A stretch of DNA of 64,000 nucleotides. Origin: the human T2T-CHM13v2.0 reference genome, Homo sapiens. Shown one piece after another: positions 14,417 through 27,480 of this stretch. Location: the NCBI RefSeq assembly GCF_009914755.1, contig NC_060944.1. One strand, written 5' to 3'. The stretch's first letter is position 1. Every line of letters starts with the position of its first letter. The position numbers and the translations under genes were made by a program. The notes beneath the pieces are model-generated. The model was given only the letters and a program-made list of their open reading frames with translations. It did no database searches and was not told the origin of the DNA.

Positions 14417-14993
14417 TGTATTAGTTATCCACTGCTACTTGACAAACTACCCCCAACCACAGCAGCTTAAAATAACAAACATATACGATCTCAGTTTCTG
14501 CAGATAGAAATCTGGTTGCAGCCTAGATGTGTATCTCTGGCTCAAGGTCTTTTGTGAGGTTGCACTCAAGCTGACCGCTGTGGTAATGATCTCATCTGAA
14601 GACTCAGCTGGGAGAGAATTCAAGTTAACTGATTTCATAATCACTGACATGATACTGACAGATTCATTTTTTCATGGGCTACTGCAGTATGGGACTCAGT
14701 TCCTTGCTGGCTGTTGGCTGGGCATCTCCCTCGATTTCTTGCCAATAGGTCAACTTACAATATAGTAGCTAGCTTCCCAAGGAACAGACAAGTGGGAGTG
14801 AGAGAGAGCACCCAAGATAAAAGCCACAGTCTTCTTAAAGACAAATCTTGAAAGGGACATCTCATCACTTTATCATATCCTATTCATTGGAAGCCAGTCA
14901 CTAGATCTTGGCTGCAATGAGGAAGGGCGTTATATAAGAATGTGGCATAGGAGGCAGGGATCATTGGGGCCATCTTAAAGTTTGCCAACCACA
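14417..14993 (-). mobile_element. MLT1F-like MaLR LTR, splitting a MIR
   Basis: TGTATTAGTTATC..CTCTGGCTCAAGGTCT..CATTGGGGCCATCTTA..CCACA. Confidence 0.75.
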
Positions 14994-16164
14994 AATCCTA
15001 ATATCATTCTGCAATGTTTTTGTGAGAACCAAAAGAGGTAATGTCGATGAAAGAACATTTAAATATACACATATGAGAGTATATTATAATAATTCATTCC
15101 AAGGAGTCCAGTCAAAATCTTCCAGCTGACTTTGCTTAGCTTTGCCAAGTATTCCAAGGCATTCACTTAATAAAAGTTTTTTAATTCATGAAAGCTTCTA
15201 AAGTACCCTCTTTACACTTTTCCAAAGAGTTTTCCAAGATCTGATTTTTCAAGGAAAGTAAATGGTTTAATTTTCCTTATCACATGAATTGCCATTGACA
15301 ACAATCTTTAATCGTTAAAGAGTTAACAATGTACTTTCAATTGCTTTACGCAGATAAAAAATCCATTCCCTAAGACAATGAATTAGCCACATAATTGACA
15401 GCCAATTCCAGTAATAAAACGCTAATTAAGTGATAATGCTAAGTAAAAAATATAATGTGATGAATTTGCTAAACAATGGCCTAACTAATAAATTTTCATG
15501 CTAAATAAATGATTTGGAATGGTGACTAAACCCTCACCACATTTAGGGTCAGTTGAAAAAGCAATGATGCTTTCAGAAAACAATGACAGAAGTGACTGTG
15601 CCAGCTAACATCCTTAACAGTATTACACTGGGCTCTTTGCCAAGCAGGGCCAAGGGACTAAGTCTGAATGGGGTAGGTGTACCGGAATCTGGGGGGCTGG
15701 AGCAATCACCATGATGATAGTATGGGTGACTAGCCTAAAGAAAGGCATGGAATAGCCAAGTATAGCCAGCTGTAGTAATAGCAGAACCCAGCAATGGGCA
15801 AGAAGATGCAGAAATCAATGCTAGATCATCTTGAGCTAAAGAAGATCAGGGTCAGCACCAAGGACAGATCCTGGATGCGGTGGCTCCGGGAAGATTCCTG
15901 CAGATAGACGTGTTTTGTCATAAACAAGGAAGTCAAAGATTACAGAGTTTTCTCCTTACCCCAGAAGGCTAGGCTAGTGGTGAGACTCAGCTCTCATAGG
16001 CACAAGGGTCTTCACTATTTTTTGGAAGCACCATGGTTTCAACCCATTTAATTTACAATGGTACCTTCTGAAAGGATCTAAATTTAGAGGAGAAGTCCAT
16101 ATTTCTTATGGGTTCCACTGGTTTTGACTGACCTTTACAGCTGGAACAGGGTTCTAGCTTCCAC

Positions 16165-16555
16165 ATATCAGGCACATGCTTGCCTTGGGAGCCTCTAATA
16201 GAGACACTCTTTCCTGACATGGCTCACATCTGTTACCTTTTTAAAGTCTTTAGTCAGATGTCATCTTCTATAAAACTGCAATCCTCCTCCACTTATGACT
16301 CCTGATCCCATTCAGCATGTTCTATTGTTTCAGTGCACCCTCACTTGTTATTATGTCATATCATATAATGTACTTATCTTTTGCTGTCCATTGCTTATTT
16401 CCTGTCTCTCTTTCCACTTCCTACCATCAATGGAATGTAAGCTCTAGAAAGACAGGGAATTTTTAATTTCTGTATTCTTCACTGATGTATATTAAAAGTG
16501 CATAATATGTCAGGCACATAGTAGGTGCTCAACAAACCTTGTTGAATAAATGAGT
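16165..16555 (+). mobile_element. L2a 3' end
   Basis: GAATGTAAGCTCTAGAAAGACAGGGA...GGCACATAGTAGGTGCTCAACAAA..GTTGAATAAATGA. Confidence 0.75.
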
Positions 16556-16729
16556 GGCAGCATGTTCAGAAGCTTGTTACACTCTAACCTCTGAAGAGAG
16601 TAGTGCAATCTTAGAAATCAGTGGAGTAAACAAGAGCCTATATCCTCTGATTTTAAGACACCACTGTCCCAGTATGCCATCCTCTTACTTAGTGGCTTCA
16701 GAGGTGTCCGCATATTTCTCACTATTTGG

Positions 16730-16985
16730 GAGGGAGTACATTATAGTAGTAGGATCATATGCAAGAGAAAGATTAAGTTTAAATCCTAGCTCTACTACTA
16801 ATAGCTATGTGACCTTGAGCAAGTTATTTAATCTCCCTGAACCTCAATCTCCACATGTGTGAAAGAAGCCTAGTACCAACAATAATCATCAACTCATAGG
16901 TTTTAAGGATTAAATGATATAACGTATGCACAGCATCTAGCATAGTCCTTGGCACACAGTTAGGGCTCAATAAATATTAGTTTCT
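16730..16985 (+). mobile_element. MIR (near full length)
   Basis: GCTATGTGACCTTGAGCAAGTTATTTAATCTCCCTGAACCTCA...CTCAATAAATATTAG. Confidence 0.85.
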
Positions 16986-17561
16986 TGTACTTTCCCATTT
17001 AAATACAATATGATACATCCCTTAATACATAAGAGTAAATTGACTTTTCAGATTATGCCAGATATTGGGAAGGCTCACAAGGGCATGAAATTGGAGAAGA
17101 GTAAGCTGTGACTGGGGAAGTGTAAAAGGCTAGAAGCCTAGAGCCCTCTGGAGGAGAGAGGGGAGATCACAAGGGTAGGGGCAGTAGGGGACACAAAGTG
17201 GGTCTGAAGAGTGTTCCCTCTGTTTTCCAGGGCTACACTGAGTGGTAGAGAGTCCAAGGAAGCCAGTATTTGGTGATGGGGCCTTTAGAACTGATGACTA
17301 GGACAAAGATACAAGGATTAGGACTTTCTAAGAAATGGAGGTGCAAAGTGCACCATATATCTCTCCCAGACTAGTGCAATGGTCCCCTCCCTTGTCCTCC
17401 TCCCTCAACCTTCCTCTATGGGATTAAAATCTAAGAGTAACCCTAGTCATCGCTATGTCTGCAGGTCCTCATTGTCCCAGCAATGCATAAGATCAGTTGA
17501 CTGAATACTGAATAGTGAAAGTGAACCATTGTGATCTATCCTGACTTAAAATTAGCATAAT

Positions 17562-18170
17562 GATTCATTCAACAAATACCACTCAATCGTATTCATAGGC
17601 CAAGCACCATACTAGTCTCCAGGGATATAGTAGAAGCCCGGACAGAAGTTGTCTATGCAATCATGGTTTAAAAGTCTGGTGAAGATGACAGACATTAGCC
17701 AAAAAATTATTAAATGAATAAACATTTGCATACAAGAAATTTCTGACACATGCTAAGAGGGACTAGAATGTAGTAAAATTAAAAAAAAACAACAAGTGGC
17801 CACTGTTTAGATAGACAATTTAGGGAATCCCTCAAAAGAAGACATTTAATCATAGACCTGAAGGATAAAAAGTGGCTAAACAGTGAAATATAGAGTGGAA
17901 GACTGTTCTGGAAAGAGCAAACAGAATTGTGAAAGCCATATTTTGGGAAATGCTTAGTGTTTTCAAAGAATAGGAAGGAGGTCAATATGACTGGAGTATA
18001 TTGAGCAAGACAGAGAGTAGCCAGAGATGAGACTAAAGATGCTGACAGAAGTCATGTCATTCTGAGCCTTGTAGGCCACGAGGTTAATTTTTACTTCATC
18101 TGGAGGGCAATGGGAAGCCAATAACGGATTTTTGGTTGAGCAGTGGCATTGTGAGTTTGTTTTTTAAAAT
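17562..18170 (-). mobile_element. L2 3' portion
   Basis: TCATTCAACAAATA...GAGCCTTGTAGGCCAC..GGCAATGGGAAGCCA. Confidence 0.7.
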
Positions 18171-18786
18171 TGAAGAACACGCTAGGCAAATGGCTATTTC
18201 ATAAATAAAGCATAACAAAGATAGTGAGTTATTGGTATACTTCTGCTGATGGATCAATATGAAAGGAGAATGATGGGATAGAATAAGAAGGGTTACAGAG
18301 AGGGTGACAGGGACCAGATTTGCAAGTGTGTGTATTTGCTAGAACACAGCTGGCTGAAGATTCACTGGATGACCATTTGGGTCTCCACTGCAGAAGAGAC
18401 AGAAGTGACTGTTAGTTTGGAATGACTCCTATGTTCTGAGCCTCTGTCATGTCTGTACATCAGTGGGAATTTCATCTAACCTAGATCAAAGATCCTGAAG
18501 ATAAAAGGTTTCACCTTGGAAAAACTCAACTGGTCCCATGAGACATTAACTGAATAAGAACACTCATTTCAAAGTCAAACATGTCCAAAAATTTCCAGGT
18601 ATCACACCCTCAAAATACTGACTAATCAATACAATATGGAGCAAGCAGGGAGATCTAGTCAATACACTCGGCTTAAAAATGGTTTCAAGAATGGAATGCC
18701 GTAGAACACCTTCTCTCTACCATTGCTTCATTACAGAGAGTTGGCCATACCCGTTGGGTTGTAGTGACTGTTAATCCTACAAGCAG

Positions 18787-18788
<2 letters not shown>

Positions 18789-18830
<42 letters not shown>
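18789..18830. repeat. (GT)21 microsatellite
   Basis: Direct reading. Confidence 0.98.
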
Positions 18831-18833
<3 letters not shown>

Positions 18834-19542
18834 CAGATTTCCATGTGCACCAGCATTTTGTGCTGTCACTTTCCTTGAAGTCTGATATAGGCAGAAACAA
18901 TACTTACTTAAAGCTTTATCCACTCCCACTCTCCAAAACTTTTACCTCACTATCACCAAGATGATCTTTCTAAAACCGACTCAATCCTTCCTTTCTACTT
19001 CTTAAAATCTATGTTAGCTCCTTGCAGAAACATAATACATTTCAAACTCCCTAGTATTCGAGACCCCAGTTCCTGCTTACCTCTTCAGGTTCATCTTTTA
19101 CCACTTAATCCTATGGTTCTAATATTTCAAGTACTACAGAGAAGCCAATCCACTTATAATTTTAAGTGCAACATAAGGAAGGGTCTTCCTGGGAACCTAA
19201 CAGCAAGGAAGACCAACACCATGGACAGAGACGCTAACACCGTCCCCTGCCCTTCACCCTGTCTTTCAGGATATAGGAAGAAGTTAACATTACTGATGTC
19301 TTTTGGACTCTGGATGTTAGGGAATACATTTATACTCACAAGGAATTGTACAAGAGAGCAAAAGCTATAGATTTGTAAAATGTGCAGAGACCACAAAACT
19401 ACTTGCTTGTAATAGCAGAATTATCACGCTAATCCAAGTGGAAAATGGAGGTTTTGAAAATATTCCTATTATTGACTATATTAGCCAAGTAGACTTTCCC
19501 ACCTCTATGCCCCTGTATATGTATTCTTTTATTTTAGAATAA

Positions 19543-20167
19543 TGTCATAGCTTGTTACCAGGATGACCACAATTGATTCCTTCTCTTCCTATATGCATAT
19601 GCCATTTTTCCTATAGAAGGGTTGAGTCTGCTCCTCTACTCCCTTAAATTTAGGCTAATATGTGACTGCTTTTAATAATGATACACAGCAGAAGTGAAGC
19701 TGGCTAGTTCTGAGCCTAGTTTTTAGGAGGACTAGCATTTCTCCTGGCTTTCTCAAACACTTGCTCTGGGGGAAGACAGCTATCATGCAAGAAGTACAAT
19801 TACCATGAGTCTGTCCTGTTGCTAGGAAGCCTAAGGTAGATGTATAGGGAGAGAGTGATTCCAGCCTACCCTAGATGTTACAGTCATTTTAGCATAGGGG
19901 TTGAATATGCAAATGAGGGAGGCATTTGGGCCTTCCATCCCTGACAGATGCCACCTAAGGAAGAACTGAGGTCCCAGACATGTTGTCCTACAAGAGCTGT
20001 CACAGTCATCTCCAGCCATTCAAGTCATCCCAGCTGAGGCTCCCCATTTTCAAGCAGACACAAGCTATCCCTGTTGTAACCTATCCAAACTCCTGGCCCA
20101 AAGAATTAGAAGCCAAATACAATGGTTGTTGTTTTACACTGTTAAGTTGTGATATGGTGTGTTACAC
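19543..20167 (+). mobile_element. MLT1G-like MaLR LTR
   Basis: CAGCAGAAGTGA..TTCTGAGCCTAG..TTGCTCTGGGGGAAG..CCCAGCTGAGGC..TGTTGTTTTA. Confidence 0.7.
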
Positions 20168-20295
20168 CATGTCACTTATTTCTTCTTTTCTGCATTGACT
20201 AATTCTGACCACACAGTGTTTAAGATTCAACTTCTCTATGATGTTTTCTTTGATCACCTTGAAGTACCTTAAGGATTCTATTTCCTGCTGGTATT

Positions 20296-20480
20296 TCTTT
20301 CCTTTCCTTTCCTTTGCTTTCCCTCCCTCCCTTCCTTCTTCCCTCCCCTCCCCACTCCTTCCTTTCTTCCCTCCTTCCTCCCCCCTTCCTCCTCCTCCTC
20401 CTCCTTCTTCTTCTTCTTCCTCTTCCTCTTCTTCTTCTTCTTCTTCTTCTTCTTCTTCTTCTTCTTCTTCTTCTTCTTCT

Positions 20481-20515
<35 letters not shown>

Positions 20516-20556
20516 TTCTTCTTCTCCTCCTTCTTCTCCTTCTCTCTCTCTCTCTC
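20296..20556 (-). repeat. Polypurine/polypyrimidine Alu tail with uninterrupted (GAA)25 (20428-20503)
   Basis: About 260 bp of C/T-only sequence on the plus strand, inside TSD TTCCTGCTGGTATT (20282-20295 and 20848-20861). Confidence 0.95.
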
Positions 20557-20845
<289 letters not shown>

Positions 20846-22063
20846 CATTCCTGCTGGTATTAAACTCATCCTGGCTGCTTCTCACCTAGAAGAATTTGAT
20901 ATCCTATCAACTCATCGTGGCTTCCTCTCACCTAGAAAACCAGCATGGTCCAAATATCTTCCTTTTTACCTCACAGTTTTTACTTCGGAGTTTCAATAAC
21001 TAGAGAAACATCTTGGCTGCCAGGACAAGTGGTGTGGAAAAGCCAGGTATCCATGACCACATAGATTAAACCCATGTAACAGGTGCCCATCATCTCCCAG
21101 AACCTCCTCAGAATACTGTTGTCCCCATGGCTACCTGTAGGGTCATCCATCCAATCAAGAATCACATCTGTTGTTATATATGCTTCTTTCCTTTACTATT
21201 TTTCTTGGTTCTTCCATCGGGAGGGCCATATAGTAGCCTATCTGAATCTCTGCCTATATTTGTATGTGGTCTGAAGATCACCAGCTGATTTCTCTTCCTA
21301 TTCCTATGATTGAAGGACTAATTGTATCAGATTCCCAGATCCAAATGGTTGACTTCTTGAGGATATTTTGAGCAGCAGCTTCTGGTTTTGTAGGAACCAT
21401 AAAAAGGGCTTTGTAAAATTCCCTTCAGTGTTGGCTACAGTGGGTGATGGCAGGAGTGGGAGAGAGGCTAAGATCCAGATAGCATCTGACTGGCAAAGCA
21501 TCATCCCTTGATTTCTTTATCCACCTTTATTCAATTCTGAACGCTGAAAACAGGACAATAGTGTGTGATGTCAGTTGTACTGAGCTTTCTAAATATTCCT
21601 TTTAGTTTTCTCTGAGTATATAGGATTTATATACCTAAGTCTTGTCTGTTTATCCAACTATTCATCTACCCATCTGTCAACAAGAGTTTCAGGTATTCAT
21701 TCTGTGCCACATGCTGTGCCACATGTTGAGGATACAGTAATAAGCAGAAAATAAATGGTCCTTCCCTCTCGAGCTTGCCATCTAACAGAGGGGTCAGGCA
21801 CTCTGCTGAGGATACAGTAGTAAACAAAAACATGGTCCTCCTTTCTTCAGCTTCCCATCTAGTAGAGGGGTCAAGTCTTAAACACATTTGCAAACCGCAG
21901 TTGTTGCTGAGAAAAAAGGTGGAATACAATTCTGTCATAGCACCTAACAAAAGAAATCCAATCTGGTGAAGGGAGAAGGGGGTCAGGAAAGGAAGAAATG
22001 TAAGAATGGAGGTCTAAAGGAATCAATTAGGAGAAAAGCATGGGTATAGCCAGTGATCTAGAT

Positions 22064-22268
22064 GAGGAGTTGGAAAACATTTCTGTCAAAGACCAGAGAG
22101 TAAATATTTTAGGCTTTGTGGGCTAGGTGGTCTCTGTGGCAACTACTCAACTCTACCATTGTAGTACAAAAGCAACCATAGGAAATGCATGAACAAATAA
22201 GCATGGTTGTGTTCTAATAAAGCTTTATTCTAATAAAGACAGAGTGCACTGGATTTGGCCTATGGGCC
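22064..22268. mobile_element. MER58A (3' terminus missing)
   Basis: GTAAATATTTTAGGCTTTGTGGGC..GTCTCTGTGGCAACTACTCAACTCT..GGATTTGGCC. Confidence 0.85.
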
Positions 22269-22317
22269 TCCCATCCCACGCTCCTTCTACCACATTCCTT
22301 CTACCACACTTCCACCC

Positions 22318-22405
22318 CACATTCCTTCTACCACAGGACCTTTGACCATGCCATTGCTCTGTCTAGCAATAGCACAGTCAAAGGTCCTGTGGTAGAAGGA
22401 GTGTG
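22318..22405. repeat. 41-bp-arm inverted repeat, 6-nt loop
   Basis: 37 of 41 positions are Watson-Crick complementary. Confidence 0.95.
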
Positions 22406-24289
22406 ACAAAGTTTAAGTACTGTGAGAAGATTATGGTGTCACGGAGCTCACAGAGAAAGGGGAAGTGAGATGAGAGAGCCTGGGGAAGGTCAGAAGGACA
22501 AGACCTGTATGTGAAGTCAGGATGGGGACTTTGATCTTTAGCTTATAAACAATCAGAAGCAAAAGAATTGTTTTAACCCAGGGATGAGTGGTACAACGTG
22601 TTTAGATTTGCCTTGAAAAGGTCTCCCTGGCTCCTATGAAAAAATAGACTACAGAATGACACGGATGGATATGAGGATTATTTAGGAGTTGTGGATCTTA
22701 TTCAGGTAAGAGATGATGATGACTTGGACAAGGATGGAGGTAGTGGATATAGAGGAAAATAGATGGATTCTAGATATATCGAAGATGTAGACTCATCAAA
22801 ACTTGGTGTTGAACTCGATGTGGGAGGTGAGAGAGAGGAACGTGTCAAGATTAATCTATGTTACATCTCTCCTGAATGTATCCTTGCTATTAAGGGGAAT
22901 TGAAGTTTTATTTCATTTTCAGCCCCATATAATTAGGATATCAACTCATATGATTGGTAAGGTGAAAAGTAAATCATCTGAACAGAGATGAATCACAGGT
23001 TAATGGATCACGACAGCTCCCCCACCCTCACTGGACAACATTCTCTTGGCAGCTTCTACACACACCTCTACTGGGCATACCAAGTCATATAACTATTATC
23101 TGTGTTCCCTATTTCATGGGCTTTTTGAGAGTAGAAATGCCATTTCTTATGCTACTAATGGTTATTATTTTGGTTAGTGGAATCTTGTGCTCACTTAACA
23201 TCTGTCTATTCTACAGGTGAGTGTAGATTTGAGATGTGTTTGATGTCTGGTGGGGTGGGCAGTTCTTTCCACCTAGTTAAGAGCATCTCACTAAAAGTCA
23301 ACCGGTGCTGAGTAACTAAACATCATGGAACCCTTTTCAAAATTATGTAGGAAGCAACCCAGAGAATTATGGAAATGGTGATGCACTGAGCATAGGGGCT
23401 TTGCCCATCCTTGGCCCTTTGCTATTTCCTTCTACTACCTCACATGCAGCTTTTCAATCTTTGTGATAGTCCGCCCTATGGCTCTTCCATTGACTTTCCT
23501 AGATCCACTCCCAACCATTAATACATAAACCAGACCTCAGGTTCTTGCCGTAAACTTCTACTTTGAATGTAGAGATCCTATCACAATCCAGCTGAGTAGA
23601 TATTGATGGGGTCTTCTAATCCATCAGCTCCTTCACACATTCTGAGTTCCATCCCAGGATCCAGGTGATTTCCAGAATGCTCTGCACTTGGACCACATTT
23701 ACACAGCCCCATTTATAGCCCACTGTTTTGATGTTATACCCTGAGCTTTAACTGATGGCTTTTCTATAGGTCCTCCTATATGTAAGTCTTGGCTCAAAGT
23801 TCTGGTTCTTCCATTAACTTGCTGAGTGATCCTAGGCAATGAGTTTCACCTCTGTGGGCCGCAGTTTCCCTATTCATGGCAAAGTCTCCAATCACATTGT
23901 ATACAAAATGCAGTGAACATTTATATCCCCAGGCCAGGCTCCTCTGTTGAGCTCCAGGCCCCAGAGTCCACTGCCAACCTGGCATCTCTTCCATGACTCA
24001 ATAACACCTCAAATCGATTGGCCTAGATGTAAATGTCCCCCTCTTCTGCTTCAAATCTGGCCCCTTCCTGTGCTATCTCATTTGGCATCATCACCACCTA
24101 CCTAGAGTGAGTATGAGCAGAAAGGAAGAGCTTCAGGGCTAAGGCCGGGGACACTTCAATGATTAGAGGTTGGGAGCAAGTACAGAACCAGTAAAGAAGA
24201 ATGAGAAGAAATGGCTGGGGAGGAAGGCAAAACACAAGGAGAGCAAAAGTCAAGCAAAGAAAATGTTTCCAGAAGGAGGGGCTGCGTGA

Positions 24290-24490
24290 TAGGTCCATCA
24301 TGTGAAACTAGGTTCAAGCCCTGGGCTTGGTTTCTCGGTAGCTATGTGACCTTGAGCAAGTTACTTAAGTTCTCTGAGCCTCAGTTTCCATAACATGCCT
24401 CATAGCATTGTTGAGAATATTAAATGAAATGAGGCATAGAAAGTGCTTTGTCCAGCAATTACTCACAAAATGTTAGCTAGTAGAATTATT
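24290..24490 (+). mobile_element. MIR
   Basis: GCTATGTGACCTTGAGCAAGTTACTTAAGTTCTCTGAGCCTCAGTTTCC. Confidence 0.85.
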
Positions 24491-26486
24491 ATCTATGTTT
24501 TCAACTCATCAAGTCTGTAGCTTTGAGCAGAGGGGGGGAAATTGGTCTCTAAGCTCAGTTTATTCTGCTACCTAGCAACTATATATTTACATCGTCAACA
24601 TCACTTCTTTATCCCTGATTACTTTAACAAGCACTTTTTAAGTGCTCTGTTATAATTCAAGACCACCTGTGAGGTGTAGAGAACAATTCTATTTTCTTCT
24701 CAAGATGTAGTGGCCTAGGATAAATTGTCAAAAAGCAACTTCAGCCTTGTAACTTTACTGAGGTCTCTTTGAAAGTGTATTGAGGAATGCTTGGGCCAGC
24801 TGACAATGACAGTGAAGGTCTGTAACTGATAAAATGCACTCTGCTTATCTACAATAGAAAGCTGGATCTATACAACTCAAAGAGCATATGAAGCTGGGTT
24901 CCAAAATCACACAAGGACAGCTGACACTGGGATCACTCCAATTCCCAAGCAGGTTACCCTTCCTGGAAAGTGAATTTAAATGGGACACAAATGTGAAGTC
25001 CTTTCCAAGGAGGCTCCAGCTACCATTCCAGCTTCGTCTCTGGCCATACATTCTTGACACAGAGTATCTTGGACTTCAAACCCACTTCTCTGAGTCCACC
25101 AGACCTCACACCTCATATTTCCAAGCTTTTGCCCCTTCCACCTGGGTCAATCTGTTCTCTTGCACTATTTTCAAATCAAAATCCATCTCCTTACATCGTA
25201 TTTTCCAAATCACTTAGCCAGAATTAATCACTTGCTGGGTGTCTGATCAGTGTTTCTGGGACACTATACACACCTTTTCTCTATCATTTATCACATTTAT
25301 TGAAACTAATCCACTTACAACTCTCCTCTTAGAGGACAGTAATATCATTGGAGGCAGAGACCATGTCTTATTTATCTTTACAATCCCTAAAATGCTTGGC
25401 ATAGAGTCGGCATTCATTGAATATTTAAAGGAACACCTCAGCTACTCCCATAACCAGGAGATGAAAAGTATAATTCAATTTGAGAAGGTTCTATTTATGC
25501 AGAAATCAGATTAGGAGTCTACAGAAAATATTACATAGAAGACAAACCATTGTTGACTGTACTTCATTCCTTTGAAGGGTACCGTGGGACAAAACTAGAA
25601 CGGTCGTGTCCCTAATTAAAGGCCACGGGCCCAATTCTAGCTGGTTCTACTTGTGACTCATTGAGTGATCTTGGGAAAACTCTCTGCAACTCAAATGTTC
25701 ATTTTTAAGATGAGAAGTTTGGATCAATAACATCTAAGGTAATTTTTAGTTTTAGTTTGATTATGTATAACTATTATATCTTTTTTGAGTCTAATATTCT
25801 TCTCTAAAACTTGTCTTAATTTAACTCCTTAGTGTTTGTGATGGAAAATTGGTCAACTTTCTCAAGGCTGCCTAAATTTCCATTTTGTAACTGCTAAGGA
25901 ATAAACAATTCCATTCAACTTTGGGTTGCCAGGAACTTAATAAGTGTGTCCTTTAATCTGTCAGCTAAGTGGATGATTGCAAAATATTCAATAATTCCTG
26001 TAAGATATTCAATAAAACTGGAGGGGGCAAGCTTGTAACATTCAATTCTTCTCCCAGATTCAATTTAATCTTGGAGCAACCTGAAAATATAATTGTTCCT
26101 GCAAACAGGATTTTTGCATCTTTGAGTTCTTTTTCACAATGCTCTGTTGAGCTCTCGATTTCAGTGTGTGACTCATCATTGCTTTTCCTTGTAAATTTCC
26201 ACTCCTTCCATCCTGACTCTTAGATTGTTCACTGTTCAGACAAAAGGAGACAAAATCAAAGATACGGTTGAGATTCCCAGATTCGGGGACCCTCATAACT
26301 ATTAATGGGCTTTAGCACCCTTCAGGTCCAGTACTCCTATGGCAATAACCTCTTAGTTCATCTACCCAGGGAGGTGAGCTAGAGCCTTCCTCTCCCAGAG
26401 AGGCCATAATTCTACTATCATGAAAGACAGCTTTGCAAATAAAGAAGAAGGGCTTGAGTCTGACAGTCCTGGGCATTACTTTGAGC

Positions 26487-26655
26487 TAGTGATTCTCTGA
26501 ATCACCTGGAAGGCTTGTTAAAAACTGATTGCTTGGCCCTAACCCTAGAGTTTTGGGTTCAGTAGGTCTGAGGTAGGGCCTGAGAATTTGCTTGTAACAA
26601 GTTCCCAGGAGATGCTGATGCTGCTGTTCTGGAGATCATGCTTCAAGAACCACTG
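26487..26655. mobile_element. MER5A with perfect 8-bp TSD, inserted in a MIR
   Basis: TSD CTTTGAGC at 26479-26486 and 26656-26663; ends GAACCACTG. Confidence 0.9.
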
Positions 26656-26724
26656 CTTTGAGCAGATGACTCAGTGTCTGTGGCCTTAAGTTTCCTTGTC
26701 TATGAAATGGGAATAATAACATCT

Positions 26725-26990
26725 ACAGAAGGCAGCATGGAGGAGTAGTCTTGGACTAAGGGCCTCGGGGTGTCAGGCTGACCTAGGTTTGAGTTCCAGC
26801 TCTGCCATTTAAAGCTACAAAGCCTTAGGCAAATTCCTTACTATTTTAAAGCCTGTTTCCTCACCTTTAAATTATCAGGTATAATCATAACACTTACTTA
26901 ATTTTCCCACCATACCAATGAGATAAGAATGCTTATACAATATAAAACACTCAGCACGTAAATGGGCATATAATTAATGCTCTGTATATA
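26725..26990 (+). mobile_element. MIR
   Basis: ACCTAGGTTTGAGTTCCAGCTCTGCCA..CCTTAGGCAAATT..GCCTGTTTCCTCA. Confidence 0.75.
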
Positions 26991-27049
26991 ATAACTAGGA
27001 TCATAAATATTAACAATGTAGTAATTCCTACATTTCAAGGCCCCAGACT

Positions 27050-27480
27050 AGGAGGATTAAGTGATTGGCTGACACAACCAGAAATAAAAAAAAAAAAAAT
27101 AGCCCTGTAGGCTTGGCAAGCAGGGTCAAACCTAACAAGAAACAGAACAGACAAAATGTAAAATCTTTGATTTGGGCCCCAAAAGTCATCTTCATCTGGG
27201 CTGACTGAGGCAGCCCTAGCTGGAAGCCATGATTTCTACATTAGGCAGTCACGTGATGAATATTTAGAGGTTAATTAAAACATGAGTGATATATTTTAAA
27301 CCCAGGTTTAGGATCAGAGTGAGGGTGATGGTAGCTCTCTGAACTCCCAGTGACTCAGCCCAATGTAGAGGGTCATGGTTGTCTTGGAAACCACACATTC
27401 CGTGGGCATGGACCAAATGGAGACAGAAGGGTCAAAAGAGATTTTGAGCAGACTGAAAAACAGAAATTTATTCCGAGGAG
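27050..27480 (+). mobile_element. CR1/L3-like relic
   Basis: ACAAAATGTAAAATCTT..TTTGGGCCCCAAAA and GAGGGTGATGGTAGCTCTCT..GACCAAATGGAG. Very diverged. Confidence 0.4.

Larger units (their letters stand above)
21660..22860 (-). mobile_element. L2 3' portion, with internal 80-bp duplication, MER58A insertion and a local inverted duplication
   Basis: TGAGGATACAGTA.., CAAAGGTCCTGTGGTAG, CAGGTAAGAGATGATG..TTGGAC. Confidence 0.7.

Noticed and set aside
22281-22334. CRISPR-like short direct repeats
   Set aside because: Eukaryotic DNA, no unique spacers, no cas genes. Better explained as template-switch stutter.
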